64,000 nt of DNA from a virus: positions 64,001 to 128,000 of the IMG/VR virus record IMGVR_UViG_3300027969_000044, one strand, 5' to 3'. The first letter of the stretch is position 1, and every line of letters begins with the position of its first letter. The translations under genes and the position numbers were made by a program. Shown here one piece after another: positions 8,817-17,798 of this stretch. Below the pieces are notes generated by a model that searched no databases, had not been told where the DNA came from, and saw only the letters and a list, made by a program, of their open reading frames with translations.

Positions 8817-9016
8817 AACAATTTACAGTTAAAGAAACCGAAGGTTTTCGTCTTCGTGTTAAAAGTTGGAAATGCGTTAACCCAGCAGATTTAAATTCTA
8901 TTGAGTTTATTCAAGAAACATTGACAGATGGAAAAGTAAGTGGCAGTTCTGTTTATAACTTTTTCATGACAGATGTAGAAGTCAAAGAACTAGCCGCAGG
9001 ACTTGTAAATGAGTAA
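8813..9016 (+). CDS. Hypothetical protein
   Basis: AAGGA ribosome site; ATGA overlap. Confidence 0.7.
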   Translation: MKQFTVKETEGFRLRVKSWKCVNPADLNSIEFIQETLTDGKVSGSSVYNFFMTDVEVKELAAGLVNE

Positions 9017-9860
9017 GATTAAAATAGCAGAACTATTTTATAGCATTCAAGGTGAAGGACGCTTTATGGGCGTCCCATCTGTGTTTCTGCGTACATTTGG
9101 CTGTAACTTTACTTGTCAAGGTTTTGGCATGCCGCTTGGTGAACTAAGCAAAGAAGCAGAATTTGTTGACCCTACAAAATATAAAACATATAATGAACTT
9201 CCGCTCGTTAGTACTGGTTGCGATAGTTATGCTTCTTGGGATCCACGTTTTAAAGACCTTAGTCCTATGCTCACTACAGACGCAATCGCAGACAGAATTA
9301 TGGAGATATTGCCCTTCAATGAATGGCAGGACGAGCATCTAGTTATTACAGGCGGTGAGCCGTTACTAGGTTGGCAAAAAGCATATCCAGCATTGTTAGA
9401 TAATCCTAAAATGAAAGGGTTAAAAGAAATTACGTTTGAAACAAATGGTTCAATGCGTTTGACTAAAGATTTTAGACAATATCTACTAAACTGGTCATTA
9501 GGTAATAAAGAAAGAGGACGCAACGCCCTTACATTTAGTGTAAGCGCAAAACTTCCGTGTTCTGGAGAACCGTGGAAAGATGCTATTAAGCCAGAAGTAG
9601 TTTGTGCTTACGAAGAAGTTGGGTACACCTATTTGAAGTTTGTAGTTTCTACAGAACAAGATATTGAAGATGCGCTAAAAGCTACAGACGAATTTCGAAA
9701 AGGCGGGTTTAAAGGCCCTGTTTATCTAATGCCAGTTGGCGGAGTTGAGTCAGTATATGCTTTAAATAATAAAGCAGTAGCAGTGGCCGCAATGAAACAC
9801 GGACTTAGATATAGTGATAGATTACAGGTGCCGTTATTTAAAAACGAGTGGGGAACTTGA
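9009..9860 (+). CDS. queE: 7-carboxy-7-deazaguanine synthase, radical SAM
   Basis: ELFYSIQGEG...FLRTFGCNFTC...GCDS, ITGGEPL, FETNG, LKFVV, YSDRLQ. Confidence 0.88.
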   Translation: MSKIKIAELFYSIQGEGRFMGVPSVFLRTFGCNFTCQGFGMPLGELSKEAEFVDPTKYKTYNELPLVSTGCDSYASWDPRFKDLSPMLTTDAIADRIMEILPFNEWQDEHLVITGGEPLLGWQKAYPALLDNPKMKGLKEITFETNGSMRLTKDFRQYLLNWSLGNKERGRNALTFSVSAKLPCSGEPWKDAIKPEVVCAYEEVGYTYLKFVVSTEQDIEDALKATDEFRKGGFKGPVYLMPVGGVESVYALNNKAVAVAAMKHGLRYSDRLQVPLFKNEWGT

Positions 9861-10285
9861 TGAAAAATTGGTTAAAGAAAATAACAGGACTTGACAAGTT
9901 AGAAAAAGAACGATCTGACGCATTGGCTAGAGCGGCAGAAGCACTTGTTAAAGAAAAAGAAGCAGTAGAATCAGCTCGCCTTGCTAAACTTAATCCAAAA
10001 GAACTTGCTAATGAAAAAGCAGAGCCGTATATAGCAGTACTTGAAACAAAAGTAAACGTAGATAATCCACGTAACGGATTTTTTGAACTTGACTGGAATG
10101 AGCACTTTGTTACTCAACTAAAAAATGCCGGGTACTCCGGAGAAACAGATGAAGAAATTGTAGATCAATGGTTCCAGGATCTCTGCCGTAATGTTGGAGC
10201 TGAAGCGGGTGTTAGCATGGATCGTAGAGGTAGTGGTTATATAAACGTAAACAAGATAGACGGAAATAGATCGGAAATTGGTTAA
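9860..10285 (+). CDS. Hypothetical protein
   Basis: Start overlaps the queE stop (TGATG). Confidence 0.75.
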   Translation: MKNWLKKITGLDKLEKERSDALARAAEALVKEKEAVESARLAKLNPKELANEKAEPYIAVLETKVNVDNPRNGFFELDWNEHFVTQLKNAGYSGETDEEIVDQWFQDLCRNVGAEAGVSMDRRGSGYINVNKIDGNRSEIG

Positions 10286-11271
10286 TGACTTACATTTTAG
10301 TAGATACAGCAAATTTGTTCTTTCGTGCTAGGCACGTAGTACGTGGAGATCTTGAAGAAAAGATCGGCATGTGTCTACATGTTACATTTAATAGTGTACG
10401 CAAGGCGTGGCGTGACTTTGGAGGCACACACGTTATCTTCTGTTTGGAGGGACGTAGCTGGCGTAAGAACTTTTACAAGCCGTATAAGGCGCAACGAGCA
10501 GACGCACGTTCAAAACACACAGTAAAAGAAGCAGAAGAAGAAAAGCTCTTTTGGGAAACGTTTGATAAGTTTAAAGAGTATATTCATGCTCAAACTAATT
10601 GTACTGTTCTACAACATCCAGAATTAGAAGCTGATGATTTAATTGCGGGTTTTATCCAAAGTCATCCAAATGACAATCATGTTGTGATTTCAACAGACGG
10701 AGATTTTGCACAACTTATTGCTCCAAACGTAAAACAGTATAACGGTGTAATGGGTATTACAACTACGCATGAGGGATACTTTGATGACAAAAATAAACCT
10801 GTCACTGATAAGAAAACTAAACAAGTTAAGCCCGCGCCGGATCCGGCCTGGTTGCTATTTGAGAAGTGTATGCGTGGAGACACCTCCGACAACATCTTTA
10901 GTGCTTATCCGGGAGTACGTGAGAAAGGGACAAAGAATAAAGTTGGTCTCCGTGAGGCCTTTGCAGACAGAGATTCCAAAGGATATTCTTGGAACAATCT
11001 CATGTTGCAACGTTGGACTGACCACGAAGGTGTCGAGCATCGTGTACTAGATGATTACAACCGTAATGTTAAATTATGTGACTTAAAAGCACAGCCAGAA
11101 GATATTCGAGCAAAGATGACTGAATGTATTCAGGCAGAATTTGCTAAACACAAAGAAGTAAAACAAGTTGGCATTCGTTTAATGAAGTTTGCTAACTCTT
11201 ACGAACTACAAAAAGTAGTTGAGCAGGCAGAAAGTTATGCTGAACCTTTGAACGCGAGATATCATGTATGA
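10285..11271 (+). CDS. rnh: T4 RNase H-like 5'-3' exonuclease / flap endonuclease
   Basis: LVDTAN, YKAQR, EADDLIA, STDGDF.QL, GDTSDNI acidic motifs. Confidence 0.88.
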   Translation: MTYILVDTANLFFRARHVVRGDLEEKIGMCLHVTFNSVRKAWRDFGGTHVIFCLEGRSWRKNFYKPYKAQRADARSKHTVKEAEEEKLFWETFDKFKEYIHAQTNCTVLQHPELEADDLIAGFIQSHPNDNHVVISTDGDFAQLIAPNVKQYNGVMGITTTHEGYFDDKNKPVTDKKTKQVKPAPDPAWLLFEKCMRGDTSDNIFSAYPGVREKGTKNKVGLREAFADRDSKGYSWNNLMLQRWTDHEGVEHRVLDDYNRNVKLCDLKAQPEDIRAKMTECIQAEFAKHKEVKQVGIRLMKFANSYELQKVVEQAESYAEPLNARYHV

Positions 11272-11753
11272 AGGAAATTATGACCAAAGTTAAAGTATTG
11301 ATTCCAAACAAAAGTTGGTTAATAGAGAATGGCGGAGAAAAGATAGGAACACTGAGTAAAGAAAAATCAGGATATTCTATTTTACAAAATGGACAAAAGT
11401 ATGAAATTGGCAATGCCAATAATGTTCGAGAGCAATTGGGCATCAACATCACAGAAGAACTTGTAAAGACTAAAAAGGTAGCAGTTCCAAAAGAACTTAC
11501 AAATAGTGTTTATGAATTTCCGTGTTCAAGCAAACCATTTAGTCCATTGTACAATGTTCGTAAAAAATTGCCAATATATGCTAAAAGTACAAAAAGTAAA
11601 AGTCAGTATTGTGCCGGATACTATGTAATTCAATTCCGAAAAGGTTGGGTTAAATCGTTCTGTCCTAAACTTATTACACTAGAACGATATCCGTTTAAAG
11701 GCCCGTTTAGAACAGAACAAGAAATGCGTCAACAACTCAACTTACTTAAATGA
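11268..11753 (+). CDS. Hypothetical protein
   Basis: 161-aa ORF with ATGA overlaps. Confidence 0.75.
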   Translation: MKEIMTKVKVLIPNKSWLIENGGEKIGTLSKEKSGYSILQNGQKYEIGNANNVREQLGINITEELVKTKKVAVPKELTNSVYEFPCSSKPFSPLYNVRKKLPIYAKSTKSKSQYCAGYYVIQFRKGWVKSFCPKLITLERYPFKGPFRTEQEMRQQLNLLK

Positions 11754-11980
11754 AACCAATTAACACGGTTCCAATTGAAATGTTCTTGGAAAAGGCCAGG
11801 ATTGCTATCAAATCCGGCCAAAAACAAATGAATATTGACATAAAAGACGTTATTGCTATCAATGATAGCATTGCCATTGTTATGACACGTCTGGCGGGAA
11901 AATTAGACGAGCAGATGTATAATGCTCCTAAGCAGGATGATGTTCTCGAAGTAAGAATGGATGGTGGCGGTTTTAAGTAA
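11750..11980 (+). CDS. Hypothetical protein
   Basis: ATGA overlap with the upstream gene. Confidence 0.7.
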   Translation: MKPINTVPIEMFLEKARIAIKSGQKQMNIDIKDVIAINDSIAIVMTRLAGKLDEQMYNAPKQDDVLEVRMDGGGFK

Positions 11981-11985
11981 ACTTA

Positions 11986-12020
11986 ATAAATATATGCGTA
12001 TATATTTCGGAGTACGCATA
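11986..12020 (+). promoter_or_regulatory. Late promoter followed by a hairpin over the ribosome site
   Basis: ATAAATA 11986-92; TATGCGTA (11993-12000) pairs with TACGCATA (12013-20); GGAG at 12009-12. Confidence 0.65.
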
Positions 12021-12021
12021 A

Positions 12022-12309
12022 ATGAGCCGCCCAAAACCAAATGTTTTATTAGAACTAACAAACAAAAAAACTTTTAAAGTTGAACAAGTTTTAGAAGCTG
12101 AGGCCATTTGGGCTGTGTTTCATAAAGGTAAACCTGTCAATCTTAAAACTAATAGTGTTATTGCACAGGATTTAGGTCCTAAGTATAAAAAGGTAAGTTT
12201 TTCAAATGCTGGTCACGCACATAACCTAGCAGAAAAATTAAACAAGATGTTTAACACATCAGATTTTTCGGTATTCAAACTAACAAATGGTGAAGAAATT
12301 AAAGAGTGA
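12022..12309 (+). CDS. Hypothetical protein
   Basis: GGAG ribosome site; basic 95-aa ORF. Confidence 0.75.
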   Translation: MSRPKPNVLLELTNKKTFKVEQVLEAEAIWAVFHKGKPVNLKTNSVIAQDLGPKYKKVSFSNAGHAHNLAEKLNKMFNTSDFSVFKLTNGEEIKE

Positions 12310-12706
12310 TAAGAGACAAATAATTACTCAAGGAATGATTGAGAAGTTAGGTCTTGATCCGAAAAAAATTAAACAGTATCATGCCGCATGGTGGGTCAAC
12401 CCGAGAAGTAAGACAACCGGCGGCTTTCGTTTGACCGAGTTTGGATACAAATCATTTAAGGCGTTAGATATTGAAGAATTCAAAGTTACGTTGGATCAAA
12501 AGATAGAATGGACCAGTAAAATGGTATTACAACTAGACCATTTTGTAGATGTTCCATTTTATTTGGATACTGATGCTATATACGTATTTGATAGTAACAT
12601 GGCTATCCAATTGATACTATTCTCTGGCAATCTTCAAAAATTTGGACAAGCTCGTGCTCGTAGTGTAGCATTAAAACAACAAGAAAAAATAGAAAAAAAC
12701 ACTTGA
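12287..12706 (+). CDS. Hypothetical protein
   Basis: 139-aa ORF overlapping the upstream gene. Confidence 0.7.
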   Translation: MVKKLKSDKRQIITQGMIEKLGLDPKKIKQYHAAWWVNPRSKTTGGFRLTEFGYKSFKALDIEEFKVTLDQKIEWTSKMVLQLDHFVDVPFYLDTDAIYVFDSNMAIQLILFSGNLQKFGQARARSVALKQQEKIEKNT

Positions 12707-12731
12707 CATTTTACCAAGACCGCTGTATAAT
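12703..12731 (+). promoter_or_regulatory. Consensus sigma70 (early) promoter
   Basis: TTGACA, 17 nt spacer, TATAAT. Confidence 0.85.
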
Positions 12732-12784
12732 AAACACATACAGACGCAAACTGTAGCAAATTTTTAATTTTTGAAAGGTCTAAA

Positions 12785-13867
12785 ATGGCAGAGCAAATTT
12801 CCGCAAATCGTAGCGTTACTCCTAATGAAGCAAAACGTAGCCTACGTAAGTGTTTGAAGATTAAGCGTCCGGTCTTCATCTGGGGTGCCCCAGGTATTGG
12901 CAAATCCGATATTGTTAAACAACTTGGCGATGAATCCAATCGTGAAGTGATTGACGTGCGTTTATCACTTTGGGAACCTACCGACATTAAAGGTATTCCT
13001 TATTACAATTCCGACAAGGGCACAATGACTTGGGCTCCTCCATCAGAGCTCCCTACAGATCCAGAATCTACCGCAATTTTGTTCCTAGACGAACTTAACT
13101 CTGCGGCTCCTGCTACACAGGCCGCGGCCTATCAACTTATTCTAAACCGTCGTGTAGGTACTTACATCCTGCCAAAGGGCGTTAGCATTGTTGCCGCCGG
13201 TAACCGAGATAGCGACAAGGGTGTAACTTATCGTATGCCTGCTCCGTTGGCTAATCGCTTCCTTCACTTGGAATTAAAAACTAGTTTTGATGACTGGCTC
13301 CAGTGGGCTACTAACAATACCGTAAATGAACAGGTTGTTGGTTATTTGGGCTTTGCCAAACAAGACCTTTACGACTTTGACCCACGTAGCGGTAGCCGTT
13401 CTTTTGCTACTCCTCGCTCTTGGTCCTTTGTTAGCGAGTTGTTGGAAGATGACGACTTGGATGAAAACACGCTAACTGATTTGGTTGCTGGTGCTGTTGG
13501 CGAAGGTCTTGCTGTTAAGTTTATGGCACACCGTAAGGTTGCCAAGCAAATGCCAAATCCAATGGATATTCTAAAAGGTACCGTAGACAAGATTACAATT
13601 AAAGAAATCTCTGCTATGTATTCTTTGACTATTAGTATGTGCTACGAACTCCGTGATGCCGCAGAAAAGACTCCTAAAGAGTTTGATAAAATGGCAGATA
13701 ACTTCTTTAAATTCATTATGGATAACTTTCCAACTGAATTGGTTGTTATGGGTGCTAAGATTGCGCTTACACAATACGACTTGCCGTTTGATCCTCACGC
13801 AATGGACAATTTTGACAAGTTCCATAAGGTGTACGGCAAATACATCCATGCCGCTAACGCAAACTAA
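12785..13867 (+). CDS. MoxR-type AAA+ ATPase
   Basis: Walker A GAPGIGKS, Walker B LFLDE, AAGN sensor 1, LANRF arginine finger, TPRSW. Confidence 0.9.
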   Translation: MAEQISANRSVTPNEAKRSLRKCLKIKRPVFIWGAPGIGKSDIVKQLGDESNREVIDVRLSLWEPTDIKGIPYYNSDKGTMTWAPPSELPTDPESTAILFLDELNSAAPATQAAAYQLILNRRVGTYILPKGVSIVAAGNRDSDKGVTYRMPAPLANRFLHLELKTSFDDWLQWATNNTVNEQVVGYLGFAKQDLYDFDPRSGSRSFATPRSWSFVSELLEDDDLDENTLTDLVAGAVGEGLAVKFMAHRKVAKQMPNPMDILKGTVDKITIKEISAMYSLTISMCYELRDAAEKTPKEFDKMADNFFKFIMDNFPTELVVMGAKIALTQYDLPFDPHAMDNFDKFHKVYGKYIHAANAN

Positions 13868-13872
13868 AATGG

Positions 13873-13913
13873 TAAAATGGGCTCTTGCCCATTTTATGTT
13901 TTCAGCGTATAAT
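13873..13913 (+). promoter_or_regulatory. 10-bp hairpin (terminator or operator) overlapping a sigma70 promoter
   Basis: TAAAATGGGC-tctt-GCCCATTTTA (13873-96); TTGCCC (13885-90), 17 nt spacer, TATAAT (13908-13). Confidence 0.6.
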
Positions 13914-13939
13914 TATATGTATAGTAACAAGGAGCTCAA

Positions 13940-15205
13940 ATGTCTAGTGTAATGAAAGCAGAAAAGCAAGGCAAAGTTCTTGCTAAAGAATATACAGACG
14001 CAGAAAAAGCAAAGGCCGTTGACACACTGATTACAGCCCGTGTCCGTTTGCTGTTGCGTCATCCCTTTTTTGGTAACATGGCAACCCGCCTGCGCCTAGT
14101 AGACGGCAGTGACTGGTGTAGTACTCTTGCTACAGACGGTCGTACATTTTACTACAATGTTGGCTTTGTCAATAAATGTGATGCTACAGAAATGGAATTT
14201 GGCTTCGCACACGAAGTTCTACACAACGTATTTGATCACATGGGTCGTCGTCAAAGTCGCGATCCCCAGTTGTCTAATATTGCCGCAGACTATGCCGCTA
14301 ATCAAATTCTTGTAGATGAGAAAATTGGAGCAGTGCCTAAGTTTATTAAAATCTTCCAAGATCATAAGTACCGCGGTAAAAGCTACGAAGAAATTTACGA
14401 AGAGTTAGAAGCTAAGGCTATTAAAATTGATTTCTCCAAACTTGGAGAATTGCTAGACGAGCACTTGGACGGTGAAGGAGAAGACGGACAAGACGGACAA
14501 GACGGTGAAGAAATTGACGGTAGCGGTAAAGGCAAAGGACGTCCTAAACTTTCTGAAGAAGAAAAGAAAAAGATTAAAGACGAAATTAAAGAGGCAATGA
14601 TCTCTGCGATGCAGAATACCGAGGCAGGTCGTATGCCCGCAGGTATTGCTCGTTTAGTTAAGGACTTTACTGAGCCTAAAATGGACTGGCGTGAAATGTT
14701 GCGTATGAATATTCAAAGCATTTTCAAAAGCAATTTTAGTTTTAACCGTCCTAATCGTAAGTCACAACATTGCGGAGCAATTTTGCCCGGAATGATGAAC
14801 GATGAAACAATTGATGTAAGTGTCTGTATTGACATGTCAGGTAGTATTTCTGACAAAATGGCTAAAGACTTCTTGTCAGAAGTTAAAGGCATTATGGAAG
14901 AATATGTAGACTTCAAATTAGACTTGTGGTGCTTTGACACAGAAGTATACGAGTACAAGCGTTTTACTGGTGACACAGCCGATGAAATTAACGACTACGA
15001 ATGTAAAGGTGGTGGCGGTACTGATTTTGATGCTAACTATCGCTTTATGAAAGACGAACTAATTGAGCCTAAAAAACTCATTATGTTTACTGATGGATAT
15101 CCTTGCGGTAGTTGGGGTGATGAAGATTACTGCGATACGCTGTTTATTATCCATGGTAACGAAACCATAAAGCCGCCATTCGGCCAAGTAGCATATTATA
15201 AATAA
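13940..15205 (+). CDS. HExxH metallopeptidase-like plus VWA domain protein (DUF2201-like), partner of the AAA+ ATPase
   Basis: ATDG...AHEVLH; MIDAS motif DMSGS, GGGGTDF, FTDG. Confidence 0.85.
   Translation: MSSVMKAEKQGKVLAKEYTDAEKAKAVDTLITARVRLLLRHPFFGNMATRLRLVDGSDWCSTLATDGRTFYYNVGFVNKCDATEMEFGFAHEVLHNVFDHMGRRQSRDPQLSNIAADYAANQILVDEKIGAVPKFIKIFQDHKYRGKSYEEIYEELEAKAIKIDFSKLGELLDEHLDGEGEDGQDGQDGEEIDGSGKGKGRPKLSEEEKKKIKDEIKEAMISAMQNTEAGRMPAGIARLVKDFTEPKMDWREMLRMNIQSIFKSNFSFNRPNRKSQHCGAILPGMMNDETIDVSVCIDMSGSISDKMAKDFLSEVKGIMEEYVDFKLDLWCFDTEVYEYKRFTGDTADEINDYECKGGGGTDFDANYRFMKDELIEPKKLIMFTDGYPCGSWGDEDYCDTLFIIHGNETIKPPFGQVAYYK
15197..15204 (+). promoter_or_regulatory. T4-type late promoter
   Basis: TATAAATA 15 nt before ATG 15220. 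Confidence 0.6.
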
Positions 15206-15219
15206 AGTACGTATATAAA

Positions 15220-15504
15220 ATGGCGTTAGTTAGAAATAAGGTAAACCCGTTAAATGTGTTAGGTGTAAGAAAGCTAAAACATTTACCGCCCAATTTTGCC
15301 AAGATTACTCTTTCGTTTGAATATATACATAAGATTAAAGATATTGATAGATGGATTTACGCTAACCTAGATAGTAGGTATTGTATCCGAAATATCCAAA
15401 CAGTTGGTAATGACAATAAACTTGTTATGGTAACTGAAGTAGGTATGGAAGACGCAAAAGAGTTAACCTTTCTATCGCTATCTTGTCCATATCTGAACAA
15501 CTAA
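15220..15504 (+). CDS. Hypothetical protein
   Basis: ORF directly after a late promoter. Confidence 0.7.
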   Translation: MALVRNKVNPLNVLGVRKLKHLPPNFAKITLSFEYIHKIKDIDRWIYANLDSRYCIRNIQTVGNDNKLVMVTEVGMEDAKELTFLSLSCPYLNN

Positions 15505-15514
15505 GGAGAAATTG

Positions 15515-15748
15515 ATGTCAGAAGCAGAACAACAAGTAGATCAAACCGCAGAAGAGCAAGCACCCGCTCAACCGGATCTTACTATTACAGATTTACAAAA
15601 TCTAAGAGCAATCATCGACGTAGCATCTACACGTGGCGCATTCAAAGCCGCAGAAATGGCCGCTGTCGGGACTGTCTTTAATAAGTTGGATGCGTTTTTG
15701 AATGCCGTAGCACCAGCACAGCAAGCACAAACACCTCCAGCACAATAA
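15515..15748 (+). CDS. Hypothetical protein
   Basis: AAGGAG ribosome site. Confidence 0.75.
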   Translation: MSEAEQQVDQTAEEQAPAQPDLTITDLQNLRAIIDVASTRGAFKAAEMAAVGTVFNKLDAFLNAVAPAQQAQTPPAQ

Positions 15749-15758
15749 GGAGAATGTC

Positions 15759-16385
15759 ATGAAACATATCGGCAAAATGAAAAACAATGGCGCAAAAATT
15801 GCTATTGTTTTCCGCACATTACCAGGCGATGTCCACAGCGCCTTAGTTGTAGCATCAAATGGACTACCTGACATGTACCACGATTCTTTTATGTCAGTAT
15901 TAGAACATTCAAGTGGTCAGTCAGCAAATGAATTAGCGGACATTTTGGCCGTTCGCAAGTTTCCAGATGGTAACAATATTCTTGAATGGCTCCACGGTGG
16001 CGGCCACTTAAAGAAAGTTTCTACTAAGGCAGTTGTAATGACTCCTGATAGTAAAACTATGGTACCACTTGACGAGTTGAATAGAATTATTGCTGAGCAA
16101 AAAGGTTTGTCTAGCGTAGAAGATCTAAATCCTGCTCCAGTCGGAGAAGCAATAGCATCTCAGAAAGAACAAGCCGCTGGCGCTTATTCTGGAAAAGAAG
16201 TTAAGGAACCCGAAGTTACAGAAGAGTCTAAGTCAAACGCAAGCGCCGCTGGTTTTGAACTAACTCCATCTGAAATGAGATCACGTGCTGATGCGTTGTT
16301 TAAAGAAGCACAACGTTTACGTAAAGAAGCCGATGCTGTTGATCCACCAAAGAAGAAAGCAAAAGCTGAAGAAGCTGAAGCATAA
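15759..16385 (+). CDS. Hypothetical protein
   Basis: AAGGAG ribosome site; 208 aa. Confidence 0.8.
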   Translation: MKHIGKMKNNGAKIAIVFRTLPGDVHSALVVASNGLPDMYHDSFMSVLEHSSGQSANELADILAVRKFPDGNNILEWLHGGGHLKKVSTKAVVMTPDSKTMVPLDELNRIIAEQKGLSSVEDLNPAPVGEAIASQKEQAAGAYSGKEVKEPEVTEESKSNASAAGFELTPSEMRSRADALFKEAQRLRKEADAVDPPKKKAKAEEAEA

Positions 16386-16413
16386 AAAAAGCACCCCTGG
16401 GGTGCTTTTTTTT
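16384..16413. terminator. Bidirectional intrinsic terminator
   Basis: A7-GCACCC-ctg-GGGTGC-T8 between convergent gene blocks. Confidence 0.9.
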
Positions 16414-16416
16414 GAC

Positions 16417-17775
16417 TTAGTTTAAGTCTACCCAAGCAGTACCATTGTACCCTTGGAATTTAGTTCCGGTTAATATTAATGTTCCAGACGCAGGGGTGCC
16501 TACGTATGCGGCATCACGTAATGTGGTATTAGCATATACAGGAACTGCTAATCCTGTTAAAGAAACACTATCAGCAACAACGTTGGTAGCATATATAGTA
16601 TCAAATTTCTGAGTAGGTGTTCCGATTGTAGGATTTAATAGTCCGTTTGATTGATCCGGCAATAATGTTCTAACTGTAGCTGTAGTAACTGACGCAGAAT
16701 ATGAAGTGATATTACGAACATAAGCATTATTAAAACGGTACGGGTCGTTTCCTGGAGTGCCTGTTTTTCCTAAATTTGTTAGGTAATTAATGTTAGCAGA
16801 TCTAGTAGAAGGAAGAACATTAACTTCTCCGGCGGCGTCGCCAACTTGAAAGTTAACTACATCAATTAAGCCGCCGCCTGAACCTACGTTAACACGTACT
16901 GCTAACTTACCACCTGGAATCAAATTAGCAAGAGATGTACTATTATCGTCTTCTGATTTTAATCGAGTTGTATAAGATCCGCTTGAAGCTTGAATATCAA
17001 GCCCTTCTTTATTGTCAATGTATAATTTACTAGATAAGCGTGGTGTCGATTTAAAGACAAACTGATCTGAAGAATAACTGTTAAACAACTTAGAGTTAGC
17101 AGATGTTCCCCATAATGAAATTGTCGGAACACCTGTTGCGCTACTATCTTCAGTTGGACTTATACCTGTATCTTTATTAGAACCTGCTAGTGTAATACCC
17201 TTTTTAACATAGAAAAACTCTGCCTTAACTGATTCAGTTGACGCTACAGTAAATGCCTCTGGACTTGTAATGGCTACTGTATATTTTGTGCCGTTTGTTT
17301 TTTGTATGTTATGCTGTAATACTCTGTGTAAAGCACCATTAATGTCATATAAACTAGCAACTTCCATTAAGTTATTAGCATTTTCTCCGCTAATTTGCGG
17401 GCCAATAACTATGTAATTTGTACCATCAAAGTATTTTAACTTGGAAACAGATTCGTCATACCATAAATCTGTTTTAACAGAACTAGTAGGCTGAGTAATT
17501 CCGCTTTCGATATTAGCAAGAGGCTTGTAAGTAGAACCAATATAAACTTTTAACTTTCCATTAGTACTATCATACCATAGTTGTCCTGTTAAACTTTTAG
17601 TTGGTTGTAATTTACCGGAAAAGTTTTCAAGCAATTTAACAAGGTCTTGATTTACGATTGCTCCGTATCCGGAATAGTTTTTTCCAACAAATACAAGATC
17701 CGTAGTAGAGTCGAGTGACCCGTCTTCTACTGTGGTCAACTTGTTGCCGTTTGTTTTGTATAATGTATAACTCAT
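16417..17775 (-). CDS. Baseplate/tail-fibre protein, paralog 4
   Basis: Shared N-terminal domain (L.FVGKNY..YG...LLENF...GQLWYD...LKVY); beta-rich. Confidence 0.7.
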   Translation of the reverse strand: MSYTLYKTNGNKLTTVEDGSLDSTTDLVFVGKNYSGYGAIVNQDLVKLLENFSGKLQPTKSLTGQLWYDSTNGKLKVYIGSTYKPLANIESGITQPTSSVKTDLWYDESVSKLKYFDGTNYIVIGPQISGENANNLMEVASLYDINGALHRVLQHNIQKTNGTKYTVAITSPEAFTVASTESVKAEFFYVKKGITLAGSNKDTGISPTEDSSATGVPTISLWGTSANSKLFNSYSSDQFVFKSTPRLSSKLYIDNKEGLDIQASSGSYTTRLKSEDDNSTSLANLIPGGKLAVRVNVGSGGGLIDVVNFQVGDAAGEVNVLPSTRSANINYLTNLGKTGTPGNDPYRFNNAYVRNITSYSASVTTATVRTLLPDQSNGLLNPTIGTPTQKFDTIYATNVVADSVSLTGLAVPVYANTTLRDAAYVGTPASGTLILTGTKFQGYNGTAWVDLN

Positions 17776-17791
17776 ATTTGTCTCTGCTCTT

Positions 17792-17798
17792 TATTTAT
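17792..17798 (-). promoter_or_regulatory. Late promoter
   Basis: ATAAATA on the - strand, 16 nt before ATG 17775. Confidence 0.5.

Noticed and set aside
14478-14512. GACGGACAA tandem repeat
   Set aside because: Encodes a DGQDGQ acidic linker in the VWA protein
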